Positions 38,007-48,648 of a DNA stretch of 55,437 nucleotides are shown in pieces. A program made the translations under genes and the position numbers. Under the pieces are notes generated by a model, which did no database searches, was not told the origin of the DNA, and saw only the letters and a program-made list of their open reading frames with translations. Origin of the DNA: Candidatus Binatia bacterium (GTDB lineage Bacteria; Desulfobacterota; Binatia; Bin18). Positions within the stretch are counted from its first letter, which is position 1. Every line of letters begins with the position of its first letter. The stretch lies in contig CAXXHG010000033.1 of assembly GCA_963666315.2 (NCBI GenBank), positions 1 through 55,437 on the forward strand, given 5' to 3'.

Positions 38007-38768
38007 TTAATACGCGCTATGGCCACCATCAACTGGAATAACCGCGCCAGTCATAAAGCTGGCCTCATCCGATGCAAGATACAGTGCCAGATACACGACT
38101 TCTTGTGCGCTTCCAAACCGCTTGAGCAGATGCACATCTGCAATTTGTTTCCACACTGCCTCTTTGTTCTCCATGTCTTTGATATATTCACGCGGCATCG
38201 GGGTATCGATCGCACCGGGACAGATGGCGTTGACGCGAATATTATGCGGCGCCAGGTCAACGGCCATACAGCGTGTCAAATTCACTAAGCCACCTTTTGC
38301 CGCACCATAGGCGGCCATGGCTGGATAGCCGAGAATCCCGCCGGTAGATGAAATATTGATGATCGAGCCGTGCTGTTGTTTCTGCATATGCGGGACTACG
38401 GCCTGACTCATCAAAAACGGACCGGTAAGGTCGATCCGAATAATACGCTCCCATTCTTCGAGGGTCGTTTCCTGAAACGATTTGCCCAAAATCACGCCTG
38501 CGTTGTTGTACAGGATGTCGATTCGACCGAAGGTTGAGATGGCTTTCTCGACCACAGTCTGAATCCCAGCCTTGTCTGCGGTGTCAGCCTGGACACATTC
38601 GACGTGCGCACCCGCGGAGGGAATCTGAGCGGCGGTTTGTTCGATTTCGGGCAATATGTCACTGATGACGAGCGACGCGCCTTCTTTCGCAAAGATTTTT
38701 GCGGCAACCGCACCCTGGCCGCGGGCGGCCCCCGTAATAATGGCGACTTTTCCGTCTAAACGACCCAT
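38007..38768 (-). CDS. SDR-family oxidoreductase
   Basis: TGAARGQG, YNNAG, YGAAKGG. Confidence 0.93.
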   Translation of the reverse strand: MGRLDGKVAIITGAARGQGAVAAKIFAKEGASLVISDILPEIEQTAAQIPSAGAHVECVQADTADKAGIQTVVEKAISTFGRIDILYNNAGVILGKSFQETTLEEWERIIRIDLTGPFLMSQAVVPHMQKQQHGSIINISSTGGILGYPAMAAYGAAKGGLVNLTRCMAVDLAPHNIRVNAICPGAIDTPMPREYIKDMENKEAVWKQIADVHLLKRFGSAQEVVYLALYLASDEASFMTGAVIPVDGGHSAY

Positions 38769-38959
38769 GCCGGTGCTCCCTTCATATCCTCAATAGTGGG
38801 ATGTAGCCCTGAGATTGGTCATTGTCTGTCCCGAGGACATATCAGACCACATATCAGAAATTCCGCCTGCATGCCAAATGCAGACTTGCTGTGGTGGGGG
38901 CTGCTGGATATGTTCAGACATAGGTATATGGCTACAGAATTCAACTGAGGGGGAACACT

Positions 38960-40684
38960 ATGGCGAAGACTGACCCGATTACCTTAGCTGTCATACAGGG
39001 TGCCCTTGAATCAACCCAGCGCGAGATGACGCTCACGATAGAGAAGACGTCGCGTTCGTCTGTATTTAATATTGCCCGCGATTACTCAAATGCCCTCTTC
39101 AACGGCAGGCGCGAGATGATTCTGCAGGGGCAGGACATTCCTATCCATCTGGGCTCGCTCATGCCCGCACTGCGGGCGGTTGCCGGCTACTTTACTGACG
39201 ATATTCATCCGGGCGATGTGTTCTATCATAACGACCCGGCCTGGAGCGGCTCACACATTGTTGACTGCTGCATGTATAAGCCCGTCTTCTACAAGGACGA
39301 GTTGGTGTTTTGGACAGTCAGCAAAGGCCATGTGACTGACATTGGTGGACCTGTCCCCGCCGGCTACAACCCGGAGGCTAAAGAAATCTATGCCGAGGGC
39401 CTGCGCATCCCACCGCTCAAAATTTGGGATCGGGGCAAAGAGCGGCGGGATGTGGTGAATTTTATTCTGACCAATGTCCGCTCTCGGCGCCTGCAGGCGG
39501 GGGATATGCGCGCCCAGCTCGCCGCAGTCACCATTGGCGAGCGCAACTTAATCGGCTTGCTCGATAAATACGGCCAGGACACCGTCATGGCCTGTACGGA
39601 TGAACTGCTCACCCTTGCCGAACAACAAATGCGGGGGTTTATCACCGAGATTCCTGACGGCGTGTATCACGGCGAATCCGTGCTCGAAGATGCCGGACAT
39701 GGGTATGGCGATATCGAGATTACCGCCCAGGTGGAGATTACGGGTGACGCCATGCAGGTGCGCCTGTCGAGTCCGGCCCAGATCCCCTATTTCATTAATT
39801 CCTATGCGGCCAACTCGCTGTCCGGGGTGTATCTCGGCATTATGATGTTTGCCCAGCTATCGCCACCCTACAACGAAGGGCTTTATCGGCCTATTACGGT
39901 TGATGTCGGACCTGAAGGAACGATTACGAATGCCAAGGAACCGGCGCCGCATGTCAATTCTACGACCACGCCGTCGGAATCCATCACGGACGCGGTGCGT
40001 ATGGCGTTAGAACAGGCGCTGCCTGAACGTGCCGTTGCGTCGTGGGGCCATTCCAATGGGCTGAATATTGCGGGGCAGGATTATCGATCCGGCGAAGAAT
40101 ATGTGTCTATGATCCTGGCCACGATTATCAGCGGCGGCGGCGCGTCACACAAGACTGACGGCTGGCCTGCGGTCGGACCGCAGTGTTGTTTTGGAGCCCT
40201 GACCAGTGGTGATGTTGAGATTCTGGAGTATCAATATCCCATCATTATCCACCGCTACGGCCTGATGACGGATTCAGGCGGGGCGGGCAAGCTGCGCGGC
40301 GGGTCCGGAACGCATTGGGAAGTCGAGCCGCTACGTGACCCCATGACCGTGGTGATGTTTGGAGAAGGCCGCCGCTATCCGGCCCAGGGTGCTCAAGGAG
40401 CAACCTCGACTCTATGCGAGCCGAAAGTCGGGCGGGCGTTGTATTACAAGAAAGACGGTGGGGTGGAGGAGATTAAGACCAACCGGATTGTAGAGATTGC
40501 CCCCGGCGAGCGCTTTGCCAATCAAAACCCGGGCGGCGGCGGTGTGGGCGATCCGCGCGAACGCGACGTAGACAAGGTTCTTGATGACGTGAAGAACGGC
40601 TTCGTTTCTGTCCAGGCGGCCTGGGAAGAGTACGGCGTGCGTGTGGATGACGCGGTGCACAAGAAACTCGTAGTAGGCAAGTAA
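38960..40684 (+). CDS. Hydantoinase B/oxoprolinase-family subunit
   Basis: DIPIHLGS, HNDP..GSH, HVTDIGG, EGLRIPP, DSGGAGKLRGG, PGGGGVGDPRER. Confidence 0.93.
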   Translation: MAKTDPITLAVIQGALESTQREMTLTIEKTSRSSVFNIARDYSNALFNGRREMILQGQDIPIHLGSLMPALRAVAGYFTDDIHPGDVFYHNDPAWSGSHIVDCCMYKPVFYKDELVFWTVSKGHVTDIGGPVPAGYNPEAKEIYAEGLRIPPLKIWDRGKERRDVVNFILTNVRSRRLQAGDMRAQLAAVTIGERNLIGLLDKYGQDTVMACTDELLTLAEQQMRGFITEIPDGVYHGESVLEDAGHGYGDIEITAQVEITGDAMQVRLSSPAQIPYFINSYAANSLSGVYLGIMMFAQLSPPYNEGLYRPITVDVGPEGTITNAKEPAPHVNSTTTPSESITDAVRMALEQALPERAVASWGHSNGLNIAGQDYRSGEEYVSMILATIISGGGASHKTDGWPAVGPQCCFGALTSGDVEILEYQYPIIIHRYGLMTDSGGAGKLRGGSGTHWEVEPLRDPMTVVMFGEGRRYPAQGAQGATSTLCEPKVGRALYYKKDGGVEEIKTNRIVEIAPGERFANQNPGGGGVGDPRERDVDKVLDDVKNGFVSVQAAWEEYGVRVDDAVHKKLVVGK

Positions 40685-40789
40685 TACGAACTGAGACCCA
40701 TGTAGGGGCTACCCCATGTCGCTGCCGTCTTCATGTGACTGTCCTGTAAATGAAAATCGATCAACACCGACTGATTACTGCGAGCTGTT

Positions 40790-42868
40790 ATGTCACAACA
40801 TTCCTATCGTCTTGGCATTGATACCGGAGGGACGTTCACGGATTTTATCCTGACGTCTGCTGGAGGAGGTATTCGCTTATATAAAACCCCTTCGACTCCA
40901 CACGACCCGCCGATGGCCGTTCACGAAGGACTGCGCCAAATCAGTGCTGATCTGGATGGTCGTGTCGAAGATTTTCTGAATGAGTGTGAACTCATCATCC
41001 TGGGCAGCACGGTCGGGGTGAATGCCCTCATCGAGCACAAGGGCGCAAAGACCGGCCTCTTCTGTAGCCAAGGGCATGAAGACTCGTTGGAGATCCGACT
41101 TGGGCATAAGGAAGACGGCCATCGTTATGATGCCGACTTCCCCCAGGCGACTATGCTCGTGCCACGCGCCCTGCGTTTCCCGGTTGGGGAGCGCGTCCTG
41201 AGTACGGGAGAAGTCCGAGTCCCTCTCAACGACGAGGACGTACGACGCGGCATCCAGCTCTGCAAAGAGGCAGAGGTTGAAGCCGTTGCAGTGTCACTCG
41301 TCTGGTCTTTCCTGCACCCTGAGCACGAACGCCGCATAGCCGAGATTGTCCGTCAGGAACTCCCTGCAGCGTATGTGACGCTGTCCGTTGACCTCCTGCC
41401 GCAGATTCGTGAATACACCCGGACGAGTACGACCGTCGTCAATGCCTATATCGGTCCGATTATCCAGCGGTATGTCGAACGCATGGAGGCGTTCTTGCGC
41501 GATCTCGGCTATCCCAATCAGGTCCGCTATATGCAGAGTAATGGTGGGCTCACCTCAGGCCAGTTCTTAACCAATAAAGGCATTTACGCTCTCAATTCCG
41601 GACCGGCGGCCGGCCCGAACGCCGGACTGTTCTTTGGTGAAGGCTTAGGCTCGCGGGACATTATCACTGTGGATATGGGCGGGACCAGCTTCGATATCAG
41701 TCTGAGTAAAGACGGCAAGACCAACGTTGCCAAGGATTTTGACTTTTTGCGCTACCGGATTGGTATTCCCATGCTCCAGGTCGAAACCTTGGGAGCCGGT
41801 GGCGGCAGTATTGCTTTTATGAATCCTATGGGTCTGCTGCAGGTTGGCCCGGAGAGCGCGGGCGCTCAGCCCGGTCCCGCTGCCTATGGACGAGGTGGCA
41901 AACGCCCGACCGTGACCGACGCCTTAGTCGTGTTGGGTTATCTGAATCAATACGCGCTGCTGGGAGGAAGGTTGACAATTGATGCCGAGGCTGCTCGACG
42001 AACCATTACGGCAGATGTTGCCGGCCCGCTTAAGCTCAGCGTGGAGCAAGCCGCGCAAGGCATATTTACGGTGGTCAATTCCAATATGGTCAGCGGAATT
42101 CGCCGTGTATCGATTGAAAAGGGCTATGATCCGCGTGATTTCGTCCTGGTAGTGGGCGGGGGGGCTGGCCCGGCCCATGCCGGCAGATTGGCCCGCGAAC
42201 TCGGGATACGGACGATCCTCATCCCGCAGGTCTCTTCCGCATTCTGCGCGTTTGGCGAAATTCTGTCTGATATGAAACACAGCTATTTGGCTTCAAACGC
42301 TGTCCGCTTGGACAGTATGGATTACCCGCAGATCAATGGTCTGTTTGCCGAAATGGAGGAGCGCGGCAAACAAGATTTGACTGCGGCTGGAGTGGGGCCA
42401 GAGAATATCGAAACCTCACGCTGCCTGGACATGCGCTACGTTGACCAGATCCACGAATGCCAGGTGGATATTCCGTCGGTTGCACTCAGCCCGGACAATA
42501 TCGGCGATATTGCCGAGGCGTTTCATACTTGCCACGAAGAACTCTTCACATATTGTGAGCGCGATAATACGGTAGAGATTATGAATCTGGAATCCACGGT
42601 TATCGGCAAAGTGGCCCGGCCCCAATTGCCGACACTTGCGCGTGGAGAGGCTGATCCCAAAGCCGCGCAGGGTGGAGAACGTCAGGCGTTTTTTGAGGAA
42701 CGCAGCGGCTTTGTCACCATCCCCGTATACGCCGGAGCCAAACTATTGGTGGGGAACCAGATTGTAGGCCCGGCGATCATTGAAGAAGAAACAACCTCGA
42801 TTGTTGTTTTTCCAGGCTGGCAGGTCCGACTGGATGATCCGGGGGTGTATGTCATGACTTTGCGTTGA
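40790..42868 (+). CDS. Hydantoinase A/oxoprolinase-family ATP-binding subunit
   Basis: GIDTGGTFTD, SGPAAG, DMGGTSFD, GAGGGSIA, GPAIIEE. Confidence 0.95.
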   Translation: MSQHSYRLGIDTGGTFTDFILTSAGGGIRLYKTPSTPHDPPMAVHEGLRQISADLDGRVEDFLNECELIILGSTVGVNALIEHKGAKTGLFCSQGHEDSLEIRLGHKEDGHRYDADFPQATMLVPRALRFPVGERVLSTGEVRVPLNDEDVRRGIQLCKEAEVEAVAVSLVWSFLHPEHERRIAEIVRQELPAAYVTLSVDLLPQIREYTRTSTTVVNAYIGPIIQRYVERMEAFLRDLGYPNQVRYMQSNGGLTSGQFLTNKGIYALNSGPAAGPNAGLFFGEGLGSRDIITVDMGGTSFDISLSKDGKTNVAKDFDFLRYRIGIPMLQVETLGAGGGSIAFMNPMGLLQVGPESAGAQPGPAAYGRGGKRPTVTDALVVLGYLNQYALLGGRLTIDAEAARRTITADVAGPLKLSVEQAAQGIFTVVNSNMVSGIRRVSIEKGYDPRDFVLVVGGGAGPAHAGRLARELGIRTILIPQVSSAFCAFGEILSDMKHSYLASNAVRLDSMDYPQINGLFAEMEERGKQDLTAAGVGPENIETSRCLDMRYVDQIHECQVDIPSVALSPDNIGDIAEAFHTCHEELFTYCERDNTVEIMNLESTVIGKVARPQLPTLARGEADPKAAQGGERQAFFEERSGFVTIPVYAGAKLLVGNQIVGPAIIEEETTSIVVFPGWQVRLDDPGVYVMTLR

Positions 42869-42877
42869 GATGATACT

Positions 42878-43897
42878 TTACTGTCCCAGCGCCCCCGCCT
42901 GATCAAATATTCCCAGCTCCATCCGGATGAGATTCAGTGTCGCCTCTCGGTCTCGTCGCGCTTGAAGTGCCTGTTCTATCCCCACTTCGTCAAAGTGGAT
43001 CTGACAGCCGGGCGACGCCTGGGCAATGAGATCGAGGTCGGATTTAATCACGGTTCCGATGGTCGTATAACCACCACCAGTGACGGCATCGTTTAAGAGA
43101 ACAATGGCTTCGAGGCCGCCGGGGATCTGGATTGAGCCGATGGGATAACCAAGATCCACAACATTGGATGGGTCGGCGCCGGCACCAAACGGCTGCTCGC
43201 CTGGCTTGAACTCGAACGTTGGGCCCTTGAGTCTATAGCCAATACGGTCCGCTTCGGTTGACACCTCCCACGTTGCATTGAGAAACTCTTGCAGGCTCGT
43301 GGTTGTCACGCGATGACTGCACATGCCTATCACCACGCGGACGGTCATCTCTCTACTCAGAGTGGGAATGAGGGCAGGGTCGAATGTTCTGCCCAGCATC
43401 TTTTCGAACGAGACGGCTGGAGATCCAACCTGAAGCTGGTCGTTTGCCTCAAGCTTGCGGCCGTCCAATCCGCCAAAGCGACCGAGCATATACGTTGAGC
43501 GGCTGCCGAGTCGTTCCGGCACGTCCACGCCACCAGTAATACAGATATAGGCGCGGGCGCCCCGTCTCGCACTCCCCAGACTGATGCGGTCACCTGGGAC
43601 CACGTGGTGCGCGCGCCATAATGCTGCAGGTTGATTGTTCATCTGTAGCGTAACCTCAGCGCCTGTCACAGCAATGAGGGTTTCGGTTGTCATCTCAAGC
43701 TGGGGGCCGGTATAGGTCATTTCGAGCCCGGCGGCTCCTTCCGGATTTCCAACCAGTAGATTGCCCACTCGAAAGGCAAAATTATCCAGTGCGCCAGCGG
43801 GGGGCATGCCGATGTGATACCAGCACAGACGGCCCAAGTCTTGAACTGTGGTCAGCAGGCCAGGATCTATGACATTAAGCATGGCCGGTTTCTTCAT
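42878..43897 (-). CDS. pxpC: 5-oxoprolinase subunit C / carboxyltransferase-like (AHS2)
   Basis: TTVQDLGR, GNLLVGN, GSRSTY, DRIGYRL, DAVTGGGY. Confidence 0.85.
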   Translation of the reverse strand: MKKPAMLNVIDPGLLTTVQDLGRLCWYHIGMPPAGALDNFAFRVGNLLVGNPEGAAGLEMTYTGPQLEMTTETLIAVTGAEVTLQMNNQPAALWRAHHVVPGDRISLGSARRGARAYICITGGVDVPERLGSRSTYMLGRFGGLDGRKLEANDQLQVGSPAVSFEKMLGRTFDPALIPTLSREMTVRVVIGMCSHRVTTTSLQEFLNATWEVSTEADRIGYRLKGPTFEFKPGEQPFGAGADPSNVVDLGYPIGSIQIPGGLEAIVLLNDAVTGGGYTTIGTVIKSDLDLIAQASPGCQIHFDEVGIEQALQARRDREATLNLIRMELGIFDQAGALGQ

Positions 43898-44780
43898 CCA
43901 CGGCTTCTTCTTGCAGGCGTTTCAGATAGCGGCTTGGATCGCGGATGTATGCGCTCGGCTGAAAGTCTTGCTCAACGATGCGGTAGCGATAGCTGCCGGC
44001 TTCAACCTGGGACCGAATATCGTTGTACTCGTCCATATCAATGGGACGAAATTTCCAGCGATCCCCCGTAGTGGCCAAAATATAGCGTCCGCGCAGATCG
44101 GGCAGATGTTCCTCCGGATCATAGACCGGTACGGCCGACATGCCTATCATTTGATAGCCGCCGGGCCCACGAACCGGATAAATACACAAAAATACACCGC
44201 CATGGGCCACGGCTCGCTCAGGCGTGTCCGTCCGTGGACGAATATATTTCGGGGCTTGAATGGCTTGGTCGGGGGGACACATGCGGTAACACCAGGCCGT
44301 TCCCGGCACGAAGCCGACCATGGAGATCCAAAACGGACGATCACAATACGCGCGAATGAATTCTTGTTTGGATGAGTAGCCGTTTACCCGCATGAGATAT
44401 TCGAGGTTGGAAACGGATGGATCTTGATGGCGGTCGGCAAAACGCTGGGCGCACTCTTTTGTCCACGGGTCATCAAACAAAACGGGAATATCAACCAGAC
44501 GCGAGTGGAGCGTATCGGCATGTTGAATTTGCTTTTCAATATCTTTCAGTGTGTGGATCAAGTGGTCCGGATGGACTTCTTCCGGACGAAAATGGACCAG
44601 ATAGGAAGCATTGGCCGGACACGCTTCGATCACTCCGGGGACCTGCCGGTGTTTGATCTCATGGCAAATCGAAAGCAGCTTAAAATTGATAGCGAGGTCC
44701 ATGGCCTCGCTGAAGATAACGAGAAGATATTCATCTCCTCCGTAGTGATATCGCGTGTCAGACAATCTGCCCTCCTTCAA
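43875..44780 (-). CDS. pxpB: 5-oxoprolinase subunit B / allophanate hydrolase subunit 1-like
   Basis: GGDEY, MVGFVPG, PRTDTP, CIYPVRGPGGYQMIG. Confidence 0.82.
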   Translation of the reverse strand: MKEGRLSDTRYHYGGDEYLLVIFSEAMDLAINFKLLSICHEIKHRQVPGVIEACPANASYLVHFRPEEVHPDHLIHTLKDIEKQIQHADTLHSRLVDIPVLFDDPWTKECAQRFADRHQDPSVSNLEYLMRVNGYSSKQEFIRAYCDRPFWISMVGFVPGTAWCYRMCPPDQAIQAPKYIRPRTDTPERAVAHGGVFLCIYPVRGPGGYQMIGMSAVPVYDPEEHLPDLRGRYILATTGDRWKFRPIDMDEYNDIRSQVEAGSYRYRIVEQDFQPSAYIRDPSRYLKRLQEEAVDEETGHA

Positions 44781-44801
44781 CAGGCCGCAAAGACAAGAAC
44801 G

Positions 44802-45614
44802 TTACGCATTGACTCGTTGCCGCAGGGGTAGAATGTCTGAGTTTTCGGTATGAATAGCGCTGCGGATTGCAATGCCTTCACATTGAAGGGCGGTACGGAG
44901 ACCATCCAGCACTTCAGGGGCGTTGACCACGTCCCCGTGGACACACACGCTTTCTCCCTCAACCTCGATGACCGTACCGTTATCTGCCGTCGTTTTTCCA
45001 TCAAGGACAAAGCGCAACACCAGATCAACAATCTCTGCAACGTTCTCCGTACCGTAGGAACGCTTGACCGTAATGGCGCCGTGGTCATCATAGTTCAACC
45101 CAGGGTAAAACTCTTTGACGACACGAAAGCCCATCTTTTGTGCTGTAGAGACGAGCGGAAAATGGGGTAGGGCGGGCAGGTAGACGGTGATGTCTGGATC
45201 AATTGCTTGAAAGCCCTCCAAAATGGCCCGCGCGTTGTCTTCTGACTGTAGTCCCCAAGAAAAGAATGCGCCGTGGGGTTTGGCTGCCTGAAGTTTGACC
45301 CCGTTCATCTCACAGAACGCCCGCAGTGCTCCGGCTTGATACACCACATAATCGGTCGCCTCTTGACGGGTGATATTCATAAGACGCCGGCCAAAACCCA
45401 TCAGATCCGGAAAGCCAGGATGGGCGCCTATGGTCACGCCGTATTTTTTGGCCCAGCCTACGGTCTTGCCCATCCAGCTGGGATCCCCGGCATGAAAGCC
45501 GCAGGCGATATTGGCATGTGCGATGCGTTTCATGACCGCCTCAGGTCGGCCAAGAATGAAGTTGCCAAACGACTCGCCCATATCACTATTCAAATCGATC
45601 CAGGTTCTGCCCAT
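44802..45614 (-). CDS. pxpA: LamB/YcsF-family 5-oxoprolinase subunit A
   Basis: IDLNSDMGESFG, ANIACGFHAGDP, GAHPGFPDL, KPHGA, CVHGD. RBS GGAGG before ATG 45614. Confidence 0.92.
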   Translation of the reverse strand: MGRTWIDLNSDMGESFGNFILGRPEAVMKRIAHANIACGFHAGDPSWMGKTVGWAKKYGVTIGAHPGFPDLMGFGRRLMNITRQEATDYVVYQAGALRAFCEMNGVKLQAAKPHGAFFSWGLQSEDNARAILEGFQAIDPDITVYLPALPHFPLVSTAQKMGFRVVKEFYPGLNYDDHGAITVKRSYGTENVAEIVDLVLRFVLDGKTTADNGTVIEVEGESVCVHGDVVNAPEVLDGLRTALQCEGIAIRSAIHTENSDILPLRQRVNA

Positions 45615-45637
45615 GGTATCCTCCGTTCTTGCGTTCT

Positions 45638-46669
45638 CTAATCCTGAAAATGTGGCATGACTTCTTTGGCAAATAACCGCATTGAGCGCACACTCTTGGC
45701 ATGCTCTGCGCCGGGGTAGTGCATCCAGCAGATTAGATAATCCATGCCCAGCTTGCGTTGATATTTTTCGATTTCTTGAATGCAATGATCCGGATCGCCA
45801 ATAATAAACCGCTCGCGGTGTGTCTCAAATGTCACGCTGTCTGGGTTTTCCACCATCTGGCCCGCATCATCTCTGAGCGGTCGCACCTTCGCCCATTTCC
45901 CGTACATGCCGCCGTGGATGTACATGATGCCTGCACGCGCCTCTTCTTCGGCTTTCTGTGTCGTTTCCGCCACATAGACCTCACGAATAACGGGGGTCAC
46001 GTTGGCGGTTTTGTTGAAGCGCTCAAGCTGCTGGCGATACAGACGGTAATGCTCTTTGAGTTCATTGAGATGGTGGCGCGGGGAAGCCACCAGGGCCGAA
46101 CCCCACCGGGCTGCACGCCGCACGCCGCCCGGCGTTGACGCACCGATCCAGATCGGCGGATGTGGTTTTTGATGCGGCTTGGGCGTGATGGTGAGATCTT
46201 CGATGTGGTAGTGTTGGCCGGAGAAAGAAAAGCGCTCGGTTGTCCAGCCTTTAATGATGATTTCCAACTCTTCTTCCATGCGCTTTTCACGTCCACTGCG
46301 CTGTTCTTCGTGCCCCGCGTATTCCTCCGGACGGTACCCTGTGGCCACGCCGAAGATAAAGCGTCCCTGCGCAATATTATCAAGCACGGCAACATCTTCT
46401 GCCGTTTGGACCGGTCTGTGCAGCGGCAATAGATACATGCTGGTCCCAATCTTGAGCGTGGAGGTGCGAGCCGCCATGGCTGCCGCCGTGACCAGGAGGG
46501 ACGGGCACATGCCATCGTCCATAAAGTGGTGCTCGACCAGCCAGGCCGATTCAAAACCGATCTCTTCGGCAAGCTCGACTTGATTGAGCATCTCATGATA
46601 GAGATCGGCGTGGGTTTTGCCGGAGCCGGGTGGGGACTGCATGGAGAAGGGACCGAGGCCGAATTGCAT
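45638..46669 (-). CDS. LLM-class (luciferase-like) flavin-dependent oxidoreductase
   Basis: AEEIGFESAWLVEHH, AEDVAVLD, PKPHQKPHPPIWIG, LFAKEVMPHF. Confidence 0.92.
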   Translation of the reverse strand: MQFGLGPFSMQSPPGSGKTHADLYHEMLNQVELAEEIGFESAWLVEHHFMDDGMCPSLLVTAAAMAARTSTLKIGTSMYLLPLHRPVQTAEDVAVLDNIAQGRFIFGVATGYRPEEYAGHEEQRSGREKRMEEELEIIIKGWTTERFSFSGQHYHIEDLTITPKPHQKPHPPIWIGASTPGGVRRAARWGSALVASPRHHLNELKEHYRLYRQQLERFNKTANVTPVIREVYVAETTQKAEEEARAGIMYIHGGMYGKWAKVRPLRDDAGQMVENPDSVTFETHRERFIIGDPDHCIQEIEKYQRKLGMDYLICWMHYPGAEHAKSVRSMRLFAKEVMPHFQD

Positions 46670-46927
46670 TATTCTCTCCTCAGCATGTATGGGGATCGTC
46701 TGGAATTATCTCTCCCAGATGGAGAAGTGTCAATGTTTGTTTTGGCCTCGCAGCTGAGCGGAGCGGCCTTGCGAAGGGACGAGCAACGTGAAATGGCATG
46801 AGGTGAGTGAGCAGATACCAGGTTCCCCTGTTGCTGGCCGGGGTGGTCAGCCTGATACCAGAGATACCCATTCCCAGCATTTAAAGATTGTGAAGATTCC
46901 AGAAATCTTCGCATACAGAGGCGCACG

Positions 46928-47812
46928 GTGGCAGTAAAAGCGTCTTCCTCTGCTGTGACAAAAACCGCTGCTCGGAACAGGAGCGAGTTGCCCACCGAGC
47001 CGGTTGTTGTCATCCGTCCGAGTCCACGCTGGGCCGCTTTGAAACTGGGCGATTTATGGGCGTACCGTGAAGTGCTCTATTTTCTCATTTGGCGTGAGGT
47101 CAAGGTCCGCTACAAGCAGACCGTTTTTGGCGTGGCCTGGGCGCTATTGCAGCCTTTATTTGCCATGCTGATTTTTTCGATTTTCTTTGGTCGCGTCGCG
47201 GGTATCCCGTCAGACGGACTCCCGTATCCATTATTTGTCTATGCGGGACTCGTGCCGTGGACGTTTTTTGCCAATAGCGTCACAAGCAGCGGGAATAGTC
47301 TCATTATGAATCCGAACCTGATTACGAAAGTCTATTTTCCGCGAATGATTATTCCTGCAGCTGCTGTTGGGGCCGGACTGATTGATTTCACAATTGCCTT
47401 CGTGTTGCTGATTGGTCTGATGCTGTTCTACGGCACGTTTCCCGCATGGGGTATCGTTCTGCTGCCTGTCTTTGTTGTCCTGATGACGGGCTTGGCCTTT
47501 GGTGTTGGAATGTGGCTCGCTGCACTGAACGTGAAATACCGTGATGTACGCTATGCCTTACCCTTTCTGATCCAGATGTGGATGTTTGCCACGCCCATTA
47601 TCTATCCCTTGAGTCTGGTTCCTGATCAGTGGCGCTGGGCGCTTGCGCTGAATCCGTTAACGGGGATCGTTGAAGGCTACCGGGCGGCACTCTTTGGTGG
47701 GACGTTAGACTGGGGCATGCTCGGGATATCAGCGGGTATTACCCTGGTCGTATTTTTTGCATGCGCGTTTGTGTTTCGCCGTATGGAGAAACAATTCGCC
47801 GATATTGTATGA
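46928..47812 (+). CDS. wzm: Polysaccharide ABC exporter permease
   Basis: RYKQTVFGVAWALLQP, LITKVYFPR, ATPIIYP, LNPL. Confidence 0.92.
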   Translation: MAVKASSSAVTKTAARNRSELPTEPVVVIRPSPRWAALKLGDLWAYREVLYFLIWREVKVRYKQTVFGVAWALLQPLFAMLIFSIFFGRVAGIPSDGLPYPLFVYAGLVPWTFFANSVTSSGNSLIMNPNLITKVYFPRMIIPAAAVGAGLIDFTIAFVLLIGLMLFYGTFPAWGIVLLPVFVVLMTGLAFGVGMWLAALNVKYRDVRYALPFLIQMWMFATPIIYPLSLVPDQWRWALALNPLTGIVEGYRAALFGGTLDWGMLGISAGITLVVFFACAFVFRRMEKQFADIV

Positions 47813-48609
47813 CTCAGCATCGTCTCATGCAACCTATCATACGAGCCCGCAAGCTCGGCAAGCAATATCGCCTTGGAACTTCAGGGCCAGAAGCGCGCGC
47901 CGTCCAGTATGTCACGCTGCGGGAATCCCTTGTCGATGGGATACGTTCGTTAGTGCGGGCAGGACACAGGAGCGGACGCCAAGCCGAGACTATTTGGGCA
48001 CTCAAGGACGTGAGCTTTGACATCATGCCTGGAGAAATCGTGGGCATTATCGGGCCGAATGGATCCGGGAAGTCGACCTTGCTCAAAATTTTAGCTCGGA
48101 TTACTGAACCAACCTGTGGTTCGATTGAGCTATACGGCCGTGTTGGCAGTCTGCTCGAGGTCGGAACAGGGTTTCACCCGGATCTGACTGGCCGAGAGAA
48201 TATCTATCTTAATGGAGCGATCCTGGGCATGCTGCGCCACGAGATCCAGACACGATTTGATGAGATTGTCGCGTTCGCGGAAGTCGAAAAATTCCTGGAC
48301 ACGCCGGTGAAGCGGTATGCCAGTGGTATGTTCTTGCGATTAGCCTTTGCCGTCGCCGCGCATCTCAATCCGGAAATTCTGATTGTCGATGAGGTCTTGG
48401 CTGTTGGAGATCTAGCGTTCCAACAAAAATGTTTGGGAAAAATTGGTGAGGTAAGCCGTGATGGCAGAACGGTGTTATTTGTCAGCCATCAGATGGATTT
48501 GATTGCTCGCCTGTGTGGTGAGGCCATACTGCTTTCAAACGGACGAATTCAGATGCGCGGACCTGTGAGCGATGTCATCGAACGATATAGAAATCTTGAA
48601 ACTGGGTGA
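47809..48609 (+). CDS. wzt: Polysaccharide ABC exporter ATPase without C-terminal carbohydrate-binding domain
   Basis: WALKDVSF, GPNGSGKST, YASGM, VDEVLAVGD; ATGA overlap with wzm. Confidence 0.9.
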   Translation: MTQHRLMQPIIRARKLGKQYRLGTSGPEARAVQYVTLRESLVDGIRSLVRAGHRSGRQAETIWALKDVSFDIMPGEIVGIIGPNGSGKSTLLKILARITEPTCGSIELYGRVGSLLEVGTGFHPDLTGRENIYLNGAILGMLRHEIQTRFDEIVAFAEVEKFLDTPVKRYASGMFLRLAFAVAAHLNPEILIVDEVLAVGDLAFQQKCLGKIGEVSRDGRTVLFVSHQMDLIARLCGEAILLSNGRIQMRGPVSDVIERYRNLETG

Positions 48610-48648
48610 AGAAAGTATCGGGTCTCCAGGAAGTGGATTTCGGATTAT

